A stretch of 64,000 nucleotides of DNA from a virus. The notes below the pieces were generated by a model that did no database searches, was not told the DNA's origin, and saw only the letters and a program-made list of their open reading frames with translations. A program made the position numbers and the translations under genes. How positions within the stretch are numbered: the stretch's first letter is position 1; each line of letters opens with the position of its first letter. The stretch spans positions 57,650 to 121,649 of the IMG/VR virus record IMGVR_UViG_3300023109_003600; one strand, given 5' to 3'. This document shows positions 19,864-30,548 of the stretch, one piece after another.

Positions 19864-20837
19864 AACCTCTATTTAAAAGCGGGCCAAGATGCGAGCACCT
19901 TCAATTTACTCCGTGCGGAAAATTTCTTTTAATCTTGGATTTTAAAAATAATTGCATATATGCTAATGAAGTTAACGGGCGCGAGATAGTTAAATCTTAT
20001 ATCATTTATTCCCATCAACTTAAGGCTCCGCATAGTTTATTTTTTATAAATGAAAAAGATTTTTTTGTAGCAAATCGATGGGGAAATATCGAGCTATTTA
20101 CCTTGCCATCTTTTGTAAGCAATGTTTCTTCATACAAAATGCAAAGCAAATTTACATTAGCAGATGAGCTTATTGATGCGCCGACTTGCATTATTGCCAA
20201 AGAAGAGCCAACATGTTTTATATTATTTATAGGCAATGTTTTTAAGCATTCCATATCAAGATTTAAAATATCTAAACAAAACTATCAAATCATTAGTAAA
20301 AATATTTCAGTTTCGGGCGGTGGAGAGCTAATGTTCCCAGATAGTCTTTTGCTATCTCCTTGCAAAGATTATTTCTTTGTAGCATCTCATGGAACTGGAG
20401 AATGCTTAATGTATTCTGCTGAAAAATTTAATCAGCAAGACTCTTTAGCAAGATTTACAGACATTTTATTCCCGCATGACGTAAGAATTGATAAAGAAGG
20501 AAAATTATTTGTAACAGATGCTGGAAGTCCATATGTTTTTGTTTTTGAAAAGACTTCTGAGCAATGGTTTGGCACTTATAGACCTCATAAATTTTTTAGA
20601 GGGGTTGATGTAGGTAATTTTGTTCAAGAAAACTGTGAAGAAGGAGGAATCAAAGGTATAGATTTCCTTGGAGACTGGATTGCCTTAACATCAGAGCATC
20701 AACCTCTAAAAATTATCCATAAAAACGAAATTGAGCTTTCTGACCCATTAATAATACGAGATCAGTTACTGGGATTATCAAAGGGCTTAAAAGAAAACCC
20801 GAAGTTTTCTCATTCCAAAAAAAATATTTTAATATAA
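19860..20837 (+). CDS. Beta-propeller (NHL/lactonase-like) protein
   Basis: Repeated P-H/D-x-hydrophobic blades: APHSL, FPDSL, FPHDV..D.EGKLFVTDAG. Confidence 0.55.
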   Translation: MKPLFKSGPRCEHLQFTPCGKFLLILDFKNNCIYANEVNGREIVKSYIIYSHQLKAPHSLFFINEKDFFVANRWGNIELFTLPSFVSNVSSYKMQSKFTLADELIDAPTCIIAKEEPTCFILFIGNVFKHSISRFKISKQNYQIISKNISVSGGGELMFPDSLLLSPCKDYFFVASHGTGECLMYSAEKFNQQDSLARFTDILFPHDVRIDKEGKLFVTDAGSPYVFVFEKTSEQWFGTYRPHKFFRGVDVGNFVQENCEEGGIKGIDFLGDWIALTSEHQPLKIIHKNEIELSDPLIIRDQLLGLSKGLKENPKFSHSKKNILI

Positions 20838-21916
20838 TGCAAAAAATTGTTTCGAACTTGCCTTTCAGCAATGAAGCGCTGCACTATATTCCTAAATTTA
20901 ATAGAGCGACTACAGATTATACTTTTTTGCCGACAGATTCTCTTTCGCTAAATTCGCACTCCAACCTCAATCCAATACCTCAAAATGGAGATATTTTTAT
21001 TTATTTTCCGTATTCCAAAAATGAGTGTCTTCTATCGAACAGCCTTGAAGAGAAAAGAAGAGTTGGAAACTTTAACAAGATTATAATAAATACTTTTAAC
21101 GAAGGAGGAATAGGGGTCAAAAATGTCTATCATCCTGAATTTTTAAAAGGGTTTGTTCAAGAGGTTTCTCAGAGATTTCAAGCTAAAACAGTTTTATTGA
21201 CTCAAAACCAATTAGCAGAGAACGGCCAAGATATATTATATTCTAATATGGCGTGGGGAGATTATAGGTTTGGCTCAAGTCCGCCAATTAAGGGTCAGTA
21301 TAAATTTTTGTATTTAAATGGTTACGCAAGAGAAGAAAAAGTTAGGATGATAAACGCATTATATTCAAGAGGCTTATTAAACCAATCATTGTGGTCGCTT
21401 TTAGATATTAAAGATCAATCTTGCAATCTTGATATCCGTTTAAGAAACCAAATTCCAAAAAAAATTCCAGGAGATATCATTGCCAGTAGACCAGCAGGCG
21501 AAAATTATCCATTAATTAATTTTATAAATCAAATGCTTTATAAAAGCACCGATTTTTCTTTAGTTCAAGAATCGGAAATGCAATCATTTACTAATCGTTA
21601 TACAGAAAAAACCGTCAAGGCCATTTTACAGAAACACCCATTTATTATAGCAGGTAATTTTAATACTCTTAAGACCCTAAAGCACGACGGGTTTAAAACA
21701 TTCAGCCCATATATTAACGAAGAGTATGACGGCATTATAGATTTAGATAATAGAATAGACGCAATAACTAGAGAAGTAGAAAGACTTTGCACAATGGCAA
21801 AATCATCTTGGTCAGAGCTGAAAGAACGAGTAAAAGAAATATTAGATTATAATTACGATCACTTCTTTAAAAAAAACCAATTACATAAAAAAACTTTTAA
21901 AGATTTGATTATATGA
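20837..21916 (+). CDS. Putative GT-B glycosyltransferase-like protein
   Basis: FLYLNG..R, FSLVQES, TEKT.K.I....PFII.G, GFKTFSPYINEEYD. Confidence 0.6.
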   Translation: MQKIVSNLPFSNEALHYIPKFNRATTDYTFLPTDSLSLNSHSNLNPIPQNGDIFIYFPYSKNECLLSNSLEEKRRVGNFNKIIINTFNEGGIGVKNVYHPEFLKGFVQEVSQRFQAKTVLLTQNQLAENGQDILYSNMAWGDYRFGSSPPIKGQYKFLYLNGYAREEKVRMINALYSRGLLNQSLWSLLDIKDQSCNLDIRLRNQIPKKIPGDIIASRPAGENYPLINFINQMLYKSTDFSLVQESEMQSFTNRYTEKTVKAILQKHPFIIAGNFNTLKTLKHDGFKTFSPYINEEYDGIIDLDNRIDAITREVERLCTMAKSSWSELKERVKEILDYNYDHFFKKNQLHKKTFKDLII

Positions 21917-21938
21917 TCTTATATAGCAAGCGTAAAGA

Positions 21939-22571
21939 ATGAAACTAAAAATATTCAATTTTGGTCTACCGAGGACGGGGACAACGAGTTTTCATTTTTT
22001 TATGAAAAAACTAGGCTTTAAATCCTTACATTCGGGCAACGGTGTCATAAACGATATTTTTCCATCAAATTATTTCAATTTTGTTAAAAATCAAAATGAC
22101 CCTAGAAATATTTTAAATAAATTAATATACAGAAATGAAGTATTTTCTGACTTACCTTGGTATTCTAATGCGTTAATGAACGTGTTGATAAAAAAATATG
22201 AAAACGATCCTAACGTAAAATTTGTTGCAACAATTCGAAATAAAGAATCCTGGCTAAATAGTATAAAAAAACTCAATTCCCCCAATTGGATAAATGGTGC
22301 TGGATCTGTAGAATTTCACAAATATGAATACAATGGTATATTTGACAAGTATAGCGAATTTTGCGAGACAGAGCTGAACCAATTATTAGGAGATTACTAT
22401 AACAAACACTACGAACTACTAAAAGAATTATGCGCGGACTATTTGTTATTAAATATAGATAATATAAATGAGCTAAAAAGCAATATTACTATACTGCTCC
22501 CTGAAAAAGAATCTGATATTAATAATATTGAATATCCACACAAGGGCGCACATATTACAAGTTTTTCTTGA
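21939..22571 (+). CDS. Sulfotransferase (Sulfotransfer_4-like)
   Basis: FNFGLPRTGTTS, SDLP, KFVATIR....WLNS. Confidence 0.82.
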   Translation: MKLKIFNFGLPRTGTTSFHFFMKKLGFKSLHSGNGVINDIFPSNYFNFVKNQNDPRNILNKLIYRNEVFSDLPWYSNALMNVLIKKYENDPNVKFVATIRNKESWLNSIKKLNSPNWINGAGSVEFHKYEYNGIFDKYSEFCETELNQLLGDYYNKHYELLKELCADYLLLNIDNINELKSNITILLPEKESDINNIEYPHKGAHITSFS

Positions 22572-22602
22572 TTTAAGTTATTATCTAATATATAATGAAT
22601 AA

Positions 22603-23307
22603 ATGGAAGATGATGATAATTTTTCAGAAGAATACTTAGAAGGCTTCAATGCAGGTTACTCAGAAGCTGAAGAAGACCTTATATCTTCTAATTTTAGCGC
22701 AGAACTTAACGAGGAGGAATTGAATCTTAAATTCGACAAAGGCAAACAAGAAGGTATAAAATTTTGCCAAGGAGCGTTAGGCGAAGTATTGAACAAGTTC
22801 TCAGAAATAGAAAGTTCAGACGAAGGAAAGCAACTTTTAATTAGAAATCAAATTCTAGCAATTAAGTATGCTATCGATTACATTCACTCGCTAAAAACGA
22901 ATAAAAAGTTTACCCAACAGCCATGGCTTTAGAAGAATACAGAATTCGATATAGGCATGACCATGCGGTAAAAACAAGCTTTCACTACTATATGGCTGAG
23001 AGTGCAGAAGAAGCAAAATCTTTTCATGATTACATGGCAGACAAAAAACACTTAGATTTACAAACGCTTTCAATAGAATACTTTGATAGATATGCAGAAA
23101 AATGGAAGAGCGTAATTATAGAATACAATTATGAAAACTGATTTTATAGTTCTTACAGACCTCTGGCAAGATGGTTTTTTTTCTGAAGTTGGAGATATTA
23201 TTTCTTCGGAGAAGTGGACTCAATCAAGGACAGCAGAGTTCTGCCTATATTTCTCTAAATATTTAGGCCTTAGAGAATTCGAGGTATTATATAAATTTTT
23301 AAAATGA
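22603..23307 (+). CDS. Three small hypothetical ORFs (22603-22932, 22923-23141, 23131-23307)
   Basis: Coupled overlaps; the last was hand-translated (58 aa); promoter TTGATT(22568)-N17-TATAAT. Confidence 0.6.
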
Positions 23308-24455
23308 ATAAAATCACTATTTCTTATTGTGATGGCGCAAAAATTTCTATCGAAAATAAACACGAGGCCTCTTATGAAGTCAAATTCTTTAATCATGCTA
23401 CTAATAAATTAATCTATCAATCAGTCATACAAAATGGAATGTGGTCTAAAGCTAATATCAAGTATTATACAAAATGGAGGTTGGAGATATGGCAATCTAA
23501 AGAAAAGATCGTTGAAGATATATTAGACTTAACAAATAAAAAAGTCCATATATCTATTTCGAGTAAAGCCATGGGAGATACAATAGCTTGGCTTCCTTAT
23601 ATAGAACAATTCAGACAAAAACATAATTGCGAACTAATATGTTCTACTTACCACAATCATTTATTTGAATCAATATATTCTAATATTAATTTTTTGCCCC
23701 CCAAAAGCCACATAGATAACTTGTATGCATCATACTCCATTGGCTGGCATTACAAAGGCAACGAACACGACAAAGAGTACCATTTAAGTGATTTCAAGCA
23801 TCAACCCCTTCAGAAAACTGCGGCGGATATCTTGGGTTTACAATTTTCAGAAACTGCGCCCAAATTAAAAAAAACTCCTAAAAGCTCGATCAAAGAAAAA
23901 TATGTAACAATTTCAACGCAGTCAACGCTACAAGCGAAATACTGGAATCATGCTGGAGGATGGAAAGAAGTAATAAAATACTTACACAGCAAAGGTTATA
24001 AAGTGGCAGTGGTAGATAAACATAAAACTTTTGGTGTTCCTGGATTCATGAACTCTTCTCCTGAATGTGATTATCATTTTCACGAAAAACCCTTGAGCGA
24101 AGTAATGTCAATTATTAGCGGGGCAGAATTTCATATTGGGCTAGGATCAGGTTTGTCGTGGTTAGCTTGGGCTTTAAATACTTCTGTAGTATTAATATCA
24201 TCATTTTCTAAACCTTGGTGCGAGTTTCAAACTAATTGTTCTAGAATTTACAAAGAAACCTCTACTTCTGGATATTTTAACACGCACAAAATGTCTCGAT
24301 CAGATTGGAACTGGAACCCTTTTCAAAAAATAGAATCAATGCAAGATTGGAATAATATAGAGACCATCAGTCCTAATTTAGTCATTCAAGAGATTGATCG
24401 TGTATTTAATCATAAAGAATACTTAAAACAGCAGACAAATTTCCAAAATGGATAA
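23304..24455 (+). CDS. Autotransporter heptosyltransferase-like (Aah/TibC; GT9-related) protein
   Basis: SKAMGDTIAW.PY...F..KH.C, PLQKTAADILGL, QST.QAKYWN..GW, HIGLGSGLSWLAWA...VVLISSFS. Confidence 0.85.
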   Translation: MNKITISYCDGAKISIENKHEASYEVKFFNHATNKLIYQSVIQNGMWSKANIKYYTKWRLEIWQSKEKIVEDILDLTNKKVHISISSKAMGDTIAWLPYIEQFRQKHNCELICSTYHNHLFESIYSNINFLPPKSHIDNLYASYSIGWHYKGNEHDKEYHLSDFKHQPLQKTAADILGLQFSETAPKLKKTPKSSIKEKYVTISTQSTLQAKYWNHAGGWKEVIKYLHSKGYKVAVVDKHKTFGVPGFMNSSPECDYHFHEKPLSEVMSIISGAEFHIGLGSGLSWLAWALNTSVVLISSFSKPWCEFQTNCSRIYKETSTSGYFNTHKMSRSDWNWNPFQKIESMQDWNNIETISPNLVIQEIDRVFNHKEYLKQQTNFQNG

Positions 24456-25057
24456 AAATCAAATTCAAACAATCTGGGATACATTTGACTTCACCATGAA
24501 TAATATCTCAGTGCTTGAAGATCAAGTTGCTTTTTTCGTATCTCAAGTAGACAAGAAAGCCGCGCTGGTAGAAGCAGATGTGATAACAGAAGAAAAATTT
24601 ATTGATTTTTGCGAAGAATCTTTAATCAACCACAAAAACCTTATTTCTTTTTATGAAAAGCAAATACATACAGTGAGAGATATTCTGAGTATAGACCTAA
24701 AACTGCAACCTATTGAGCGAGAAGTTTCAGTCTCTACGCTAAAAGAGTTATTAAACTTAACTGCCACATTAAGGCTGGCAATTGAAGACTCTGCTCTAAA
24801 TTTAGACCAAATGATTCGAGACTTAAAGTCTATATAAAAAGATGAACCTAGCAGAGCAGATTAACGAAAAACTCGACGAAATTAATAAGCTCAGAACAGA
24901 ACAAAAACAATTAATAGGTGAGTTAAATTCGGAAGAGTACGAAGAAACCGCAGAATTATTAATTAAATATGCCCACGACGACCTAGAATCTTTAGTCTTT
25001 AATCAGAAAATATCAGGCTTATTTACTAATGAAATTTACATCAACTCGACCACTTAA
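24448..25057 (+). CDS. Two hypothetical ORFs (24448-24837, 24842-25057)
   Basis: ORF track; helical character. Confidence 0.55.
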
Positions 25058-25413
25058 TGGTCAACAAAAACTATATTCAACTTTTCGCATATAGCGCACA
25101 TTTCTAATGGAGACATTTGGTTGTAGTAATGAGAAACATATTCCTTCAACCTCATCTCTCTTTTTTTTGGAGTACCGTTTACCCAATACATAAACATAGA
25201 TTTATCTAAATTTTGGTATAAGTAATCAAGAATAGACTTCTTAATATTATATTTATACATTTCTAAAATATCAAGCTCACTCAACTTTTTGTATATTTTT
25301 ATTGCTGCAAACTTTATTTGGTTGCAGTCAACTTCACAAGGGTTTTCATATTTTTGAATCAAATCTTCATGAATCAACCCGAAAACAATCTTTCGAATTT
25401 CTTTTTTAAGCAT
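25054..25413 (-). CDS. Hypothetical protein on the minus strand
   Basis: Fills a + strand gap; GTGTA motif 13 nt upstream of the ATG. Confidence 0.7.
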   Translation of the reverse strand: MLKKEIRKIVFGLIHEDLIQKYENPCEVDCNQIKFAAIKIYKKLSELDILEMYKYNIKKSILDYLYQNLDKSMFMYWVNGTPKKREMRLKEYVSHYYNQMSPLEMCAICEKLNIVFVDH

Positions 25414-25474
25414 ATCTAAAAGAACTTACACTTTTTTCTTGCAAAAAAAATAAATTTATAATATAATAATTACC

Positions 25475-26167
25475 ATGAACCAAGAAACACAAGAAAAAAT
25501 CGCAGACCTTAAAAGCAAAAATCTATTAAGCGATGAGTTTGCCAGAACAGTCCAATCATGGAAAGCTGAAGAAGGTTCTATGAGGATTACAACAATTAAA
25601 AACTTTATATCAAAACAAGATTGTGAAAAAATAATTGATTTCTTCGGTAAACAAGAATTCCAAAACTTTAATGGAGCTTCGAAGTTTGTTGGAAAAACTT
25701 TTCCGTGGCTTCAATGCAGAAGCCTGCCTCATAATCATGAAGATGAAGATATTGTAAAGATAATGTCTAGTTATCGTTTCAACGCAACCATGCATGCCAG
25801 AAAATTTTTCGAAAAAGAGCTTTATCCAGAGTATACAGATTTAGTAGTTTGGAAAAATGGCGAAGACATGGCGGTTCACGCAGATTCTTGCGAAATGGAT
25901 GGAACACCTAGAGACTCAAGGGGGAGTAGTCACGACTGGAGGTTTGGAGGAGGAGTTCTTTATTTAAACGATGACTATGCAGGTGGAGAAACCTATTTTC
26001 CTAAATACAGTATCCAGGTTAGGCCAGAAGTAGGTAAATTATCTTTGTTTATGGCCGACTGGAATCATATGCACGGAGTTAGAGAAATTAGCCAAGGCAA
26101 AGAACCTATAGCGAGATACACTATGCCTATATGGTTCACAGAAGACTATACAAAATCAGAAATTTAA
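25475..26167 (+). CDS. 2OG-Fe(II) oxygenase (prolyl 4-hydroxylase-like)
   Basis: HAD, LYLNDDYAGGE..F, HGV and RY facial-triad/2OG motifs. Confidence 0.9.
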   Translation: MNQETQEKIADLKSKNLLSDEFARTVQSWKAEEGSMRITTIKNFISKQDCEKIIDFFGKQEFQNFNGASKFVGKTFPWLQCRSLPHNHEDEDIVKIMSSYRFNATMHARKFFEKELYPEYTDLVVWKNGEDMAVHADSCEMDGTPRDSRGSSHDWRFGGGVLYLNDDYAGGETYFPKYSIQVRPEVGKLSLFMADWNHMHGVREISQGKEPIARYTMPIWFTEDYTKSEI

Positions 26168-26170
26168 ATC

Positions 26171-26956
26171 ATGAAGATAGGCTTCGCGTTCCTGACTTAT
26201 CGGAATATTCATAACCAACAAGTTTATAAAAAACTTTTTGAAGAACTCTCTGCGGATGGGCACGAAGTTATCTCAGCGATACATTCGAAGAAGCGCTTTG
26301 AGTCAACCATTTTGCCAGATCTTGATTTTATAAACACTGTACAAACGAGGTGGGCAACACCCTCCTTGATAGAGGCTCAGATATTATTATTTTCTCATTT
26401 ATTCTCGCAGGAATCAGACATTGTTTATTTTCTTAGCGGAGATACTTTGCCGCTAAGAAGGTCAAAAGGCTTTATTTCCTTAAATCAAGAGACTACATTT
26501 TGCTTACAAAGCAAGGAGGCACTAGGAGGGAACAATGAAGACTACCAATACGATCAAAGCAAAGTATTTTCAGGAATAAACCAGAACAAGTGGAACTGTG
26601 AGATATTTAGGGTCAATGGTTTAGATATTGACTTCCAAAATTTCGAAAAGCAACAAATGTTTTTCTGCATAAACAAGAGGGACTTCAATACATTTTTTCA
26701 AAAAACGTTAGAAAACAATTATTTCAATAAATTGCAAAGGCTATCGCCGATGGATGAATATTTTTGGGTAAACATATTTAATTTATTAGATATTTCCTAT
26801 AGAGGAATGGACTCCTACATATACAGCAACAGAAGAAATAACGTTAATACTCAAGCGGAAGACTTTAGGTTGTGTGTAATTAATAAAGACATTAAAGATA
26901 AATATATTTTCCTTCGAAAACTTAGACAAGAAAACGCAGAAATTAATTTTATTTAA
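26171..26956 (+). CDS. GT14 core-2/I-branching-like glycosyltransferase
   Basis: FAFLT, T.WATPSLIEA, FLSGD.LPL, DEYFW, FLRK. Confidence 0.75.
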   Translation: MKIGFAFLTYRNIHNQQVYKKLFEELSADGHEVISAIHSKKRFESTILPDLDFINTVQTRWATPSLIEAQILLFSHLFSQESDIVYFLSGDTLPLRRSKGFISLNQETTFCLQSKEALGGNNEDYQYDQSKVFSGINQNKWNCEIFRVNGLDIDFQNFEKQQMFFCINKRDFNTFFQKTLENNYFNKLQRLSPMDEYFWVNIFNLLDISYRGMDSYIYSNRRNNVNTQAEDFRLCVINKDIKDKYIFLRKLRQENAEINFI

Positions 26957-26998
26957 TAAAAGCTTGACTTAACAATACTTAAATAGTAACATAAACCT

Positions 26999-27256
26999 AT
27001 GCCATATATACCACAATTAGAAAAAAACCAAGTAGATTCCCATAACCTAATTTCCACAGCAGGGCAGTTTAATTATGCACTTAATCAGTTGATTGCAAAT
27101 TTTATCGACCAGAATGATTTTAATTATCAAACAGCTAATGATATTGTAGGAGCAATGGAATGCGCAAAAATGGAGCTCTATCGAAGGTTAATATCGCCAT
27201 ATGAAGATAAAAAAATCTCGGAAAACGGAGATGTCAAACCATATAATTCTTTTTAA
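26999..27256 (+). CDS. Conserved phage hypothetical protein
   Basis: MPYI...GQFNY...GAMECAKMELYRR...PYED.KI..NGDV; leaderless promoter. Confidence 0.7.
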   Translation: MPYIPQLEKNQVDSHNLISTAGQFNYALNQLIANFIDQNDFNYQTANDIVGAMECAKMELYRRLISPYEDKKISENGDVKPYNSF

Positions 27257-27798
27257 TGAAAAACTTATTTTTATTTTTATTTTTGCTAACCCCTTTATAT
27301 TCGCAAGAATTTAGAGTATTCTACTCTTCCGACTACGAAACAAGGACAGAAGCGAAATACATAAAATACTGCCCAGACTCATTATTCCTTTTATTGCAAA
27401 ACAGAGATGACTCAATGTTTGAAGAAAAACTTACAACATTTTCTATAGAAGATAGAATTTACGTAACAAAAGAACATAAAAAATGGGCAGCAAAGAAACA
27501 TAAAGCTCAGTCATACTTCGGAAGCTATAGGGGTTCTAGACGCAATCCAAAAAAAGTTTACCAAGCGAGACCAACAAGCTTTAAAGAAGGTTATCTAGGG
27601 GCTTTGTTTGAAGACCATTGGACAAACCCGAACGCCAAATTCAAAAAAGATCATTGGGTCATTATAAACCATTTAAATTTACAAAAAAGAAACTATAACT
27701 CCCCTATAGAGATGAGGCCAGACGAAATTACTGGACAAAGAATAATTATAGACTTTAAAACAAAAAAGAGGTTATGTCCTCCCAGTGGCTGCAAATGA
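27256..27798 (+). CDS. Secreted hypothetical protein
   Basis: Signal peptide MKNLFLFLFLLTPLYS. Confidence 0.6.
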   Translation: MKNLFLFLFLLTPLYSQEFRVFYSSDYETRTEAKYIKYCPDSLFLLLQNRDDSMFEEKLTTFSIEDRIYVTKEHKKWAAKKHKAQSYFGSYRGSRRNPKKVYQARPTSFKEGYLGALFEDHWTNPNAKFKKDHWVIINHLNLQKRNYNSPIEMRPDEITGQRIIIDFKTKKRLCPPSGCK

Positions 27799-29495
27799 AT
27801 ATAAAAGTTAGAACAGGTACAAATATTAAAACAGTACTAAAGTCTACTGTAAACATTCCTCAGGCATTTACCGAATTAGTAAAAAATTCCGTACAGAACG
27901 AAGCGAGTGAATGCGAAATTTTACTCAACGAAAGCGAAGCAGTAATAGTAGATAATGGTATTGGTTTATCGATCGATGCAGAACCAGGAGAATTAAATTC
28001 TTTTGAGAAATATTTTACTTACGGAAATTCTTACGAACAAACAGGTGGAACGAATTTGAATTTGGGACAAATGGGAATAGGGGGGAAAGTTGCAAATGAC
28101 CGCCTTTCGGACCCACAAAATACTCATTGGCAGATAGAATCCAAAGACCTATCAGGCAAGTGCTACTTATTAAATTACCAACCGACAGAAACCAACTTTT
28201 TAGACGAATACTCTCCAACTATTGAAGAAATTCCTCCAGAATCATGCTCAATAAAACATAATTCAGGAGTAAAAATCATAATAAAAAGCCTAACAAAAGA
28301 AGTTGAAGAAGGTTGGGATTTGCAAGCAATAAAGCTAGAGCTACAGACTTTTTTCGGCGTTTTAGTTAAAGAATTAAAAGAAGAGGGAGTATCCTTTGAT
28401 TTATCATTTCAAAAAGAAAAAATAAATTTCGATTATAAACTCCCAGGAATAGAGATAAAATTCCAAGAGGTGTTTAACTATAATCTATTAAATATTAACT
28501 CTCAAACAGAGACAATGCTGTCAGAAGTCAAATTTAATCTTGCTTACATAAAAGATCCTATGGAGTTAAATAATTTTCACCAAAAAACGATAGATATTAT
28601 CTCAGGAGTCAAGGTTTGTTCTTTGATCTTTTCTGATCTACCTTGTCGAGAAGAATGTATTAAGATAGCAAAAACATTAGGTCACAAAAACTTTGATTAT
28701 AGCATTATAAATAGATACTTTCATTCAATAATTGGATTCATTTCCTGCAAAAATATATCTAAAGATATTGACAGCACAGGAAATAACGCAAAGGATATTT
28801 CCCATCATGGCTTAAGAACAGACCATGCGCTTACTGAACCTTTTTATAAATTGTTAGGAAATTCTATAGTTACTTGGATTATTGCGTTTGATTTATCCAA
28901 CGAATCAACATCGTCCTCTGTAGTAGAGCAATTGGTTCTACATGCAAGCGCTATGGTCATGGAATCTCTTAATATAGAAGATTTGGCGGAGTTAATATCA
29001 GACTTAGGAATTGAATATGAAACATATGACTACGTTACAATAGACAAGTTAGCTGAATTGGGTTCAGCTCCAGTAGAATCAGCGCTAAAAACTCAAAAAT
29101 CTTTATTCTCTGATGACGAATCGGGGCCACCGAAAGAATATAATCCATTTTCAAACGATTCGGTTGCCTGGCAAGATACAGTTCTGCAATTAGCAAAAAT
29201 CAAAAAAACAATACCTTTTGAAATTGTAGATTTTAGCGAAGGGCAAGAGTACATAATGTCAAAGCTAGATCCTTTTTTCAAGTTCAAGGTGTTAATCAAC
29301 AGCTCGAATCCAAAATATAAATCATTCATGAAAGAAACAACTCCTACGTTAATGACGCTCTTCTTGTCAGAATTACTCATTAGAGAAATTATTTTCTTTA
29401 CAGAGTCGACCAACGTTCGAGAGGCTTTAGATGAAAAAATCAGCAAATTTTACGAAGAGTCCTACGAAAACATTAAATTAATCTCTCAAGCGTAA
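27795..29495 (+). CDS. GHKL (HATPase_c; MORC/Hsp90-like) ATPase
   Basis: ELVKNS, DNGIGL, GQMGIGGK and GVKI Bergerat-fold motifs. Confidence 0.82.
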   Translation: MNIKVRTGTNIKTVLKSTVNIPQAFTELVKNSVQNEASECEILLNESEAVIVDNGIGLSIDAEPGELNSFEKYFTYGNSYEQTGGTNLNLGQMGIGGKVANDRLSDPQNTHWQIESKDLSGKCYLLNYQPTETNFLDEYSPTIEEIPPESCSIKHNSGVKIIIKSLTKEVEEGWDLQAIKLELQTFFGVLVKELKEEGVSFDLSFQKEKINFDYKLPGIEIKFQEVFNYNLLNINSQTETMLSEVKFNLAYIKDPMELNNFHQKTIDIISGVKVCSLIFSDLPCREECIKIAKTLGHKNFDYSIINRYFHSIIGFISCKNISKDIDSTGNNAKDISHHGLRTDHALTEPFYKLLGNSIVTWIIAFDLSNESTSSSVVEQLVLHASAMVMESLNIEDLAELISDLGIEYETYDYVTIDKLAELGSAPVESALKTQKSLFSDDESGPPKEYNPFSNDSVAWQDTVLQLAKIKKTIPFEIVDFSEGQEYIMSKLDPFFKFKVLINSSNPKYKSFMKETTPTLMTLFLSELLIREIIFFTESTNVREALDEKISKFYEESYENIKLISQA

Positions 29496-29915
29496 TGAAA
29501 AATAGAGACATACCTACAGAAATGGCAGAAGATCTACTTAATTTGTTTTACGAAAAAACATACCAAATCAAAAAAGGAATAAATTTTGGAGGTTGCCATT
29601 TAGATGAAGCGTCGGACATAATAAGCAGGTCTTTATTTTTAGCGGGCCACGAATCTATTACATTAAAGATTTCAAAAGCTAAAGACAAACATCACATCAA
29701 CATCAAGATAGAAGAAGTTAAAGAAATACAATGATACTCATAGAAGACGCAAATAATGAAAATTATTATATCAACTCAAAAAACGTTGTTTATATAAAAG
29801 AACGTCAGGACGCATTCAAGAAAGAGCGTTGGTGGAAAATAACCTTCGTTAATGGAGAACAACTTCATACAAAAAATGAAGCAGGAGTAAAGTCGATTAT
29901 ATCGAGGTTAAACAC

Positions 29916-30548
29916 ATGAGTAACGCTTATATTCTCTCATTAGATGATTCTGCAGAAAGAGCAGTAAACGCAAAACAAATTCTAGATAGGCTTTCATTTA
30001 AAGTATTTCATTGTGAGGTCATACCTCACGAAGAAAAAAGTTTCTCAAATAGATTGAGCATGTTAAATATCATGAAACTTATTACCTCTAAAAGAAATAA
30101 GTGGTCATACGTATTTGAAGATGACATTCAATTTTGGGAATATATTGGCCCAAAAAAACTAAAACATTTCGAGAAAGCTTCTAAAAATTTCTTTTACCTA
30201 GGAGCTTGTTCAGAAACTCCTCCCACAAAAACAAAAGAAAAAATATTGGACATATCAGCTTATAGATTCCAAACTAATAAAGTAGGATGCAGTCACGCTT
30301 TTGCAATCTCAAGAGAAGGAGCAAAGCTTGTTTTAGAAAAAGCAAAAGATTTTGACGAAAGTGTTAATTTTGATGAAATACTATCTACGCTCTTTGCTTC
30401 CGAGAAACCTTTGGTCGTAATGAATGAAGAATCTGGAAATGTTTCGTATCAGAACAAAGATCACTACGGGCTTGTTTTTCAAGATAAGTTTGCATTTTCA
30501 TCTAACCCTCCCAAGGATATCCCTAACGTAAGCATTCATATTAATTAA
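29916..30548 (+). CDS. GT25-like glycosyltransferase
   Basis: YILSLD....R, YVFEDD, FYLG, HAFAISREGAK. Confidence 0.78.
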   Translation: MSNAYILSLDDSAERAVNAKQILDRLSFKVFHCEVIPHEEKSFSNRLSMLNIMKLITSKRNKWSYVFEDDIQFWEYIGPKKLKHFEKASKNFFYLGACSETPPTKTKEKILDISAYRFQTNKVGCSHAFAISREGAKLVLEKAKDFDESVNFDEILSTLFASEKPLVVMNEESGNVSYQNKDHYGLVFQDKFAFSSNPPKDIPNVSIHIN

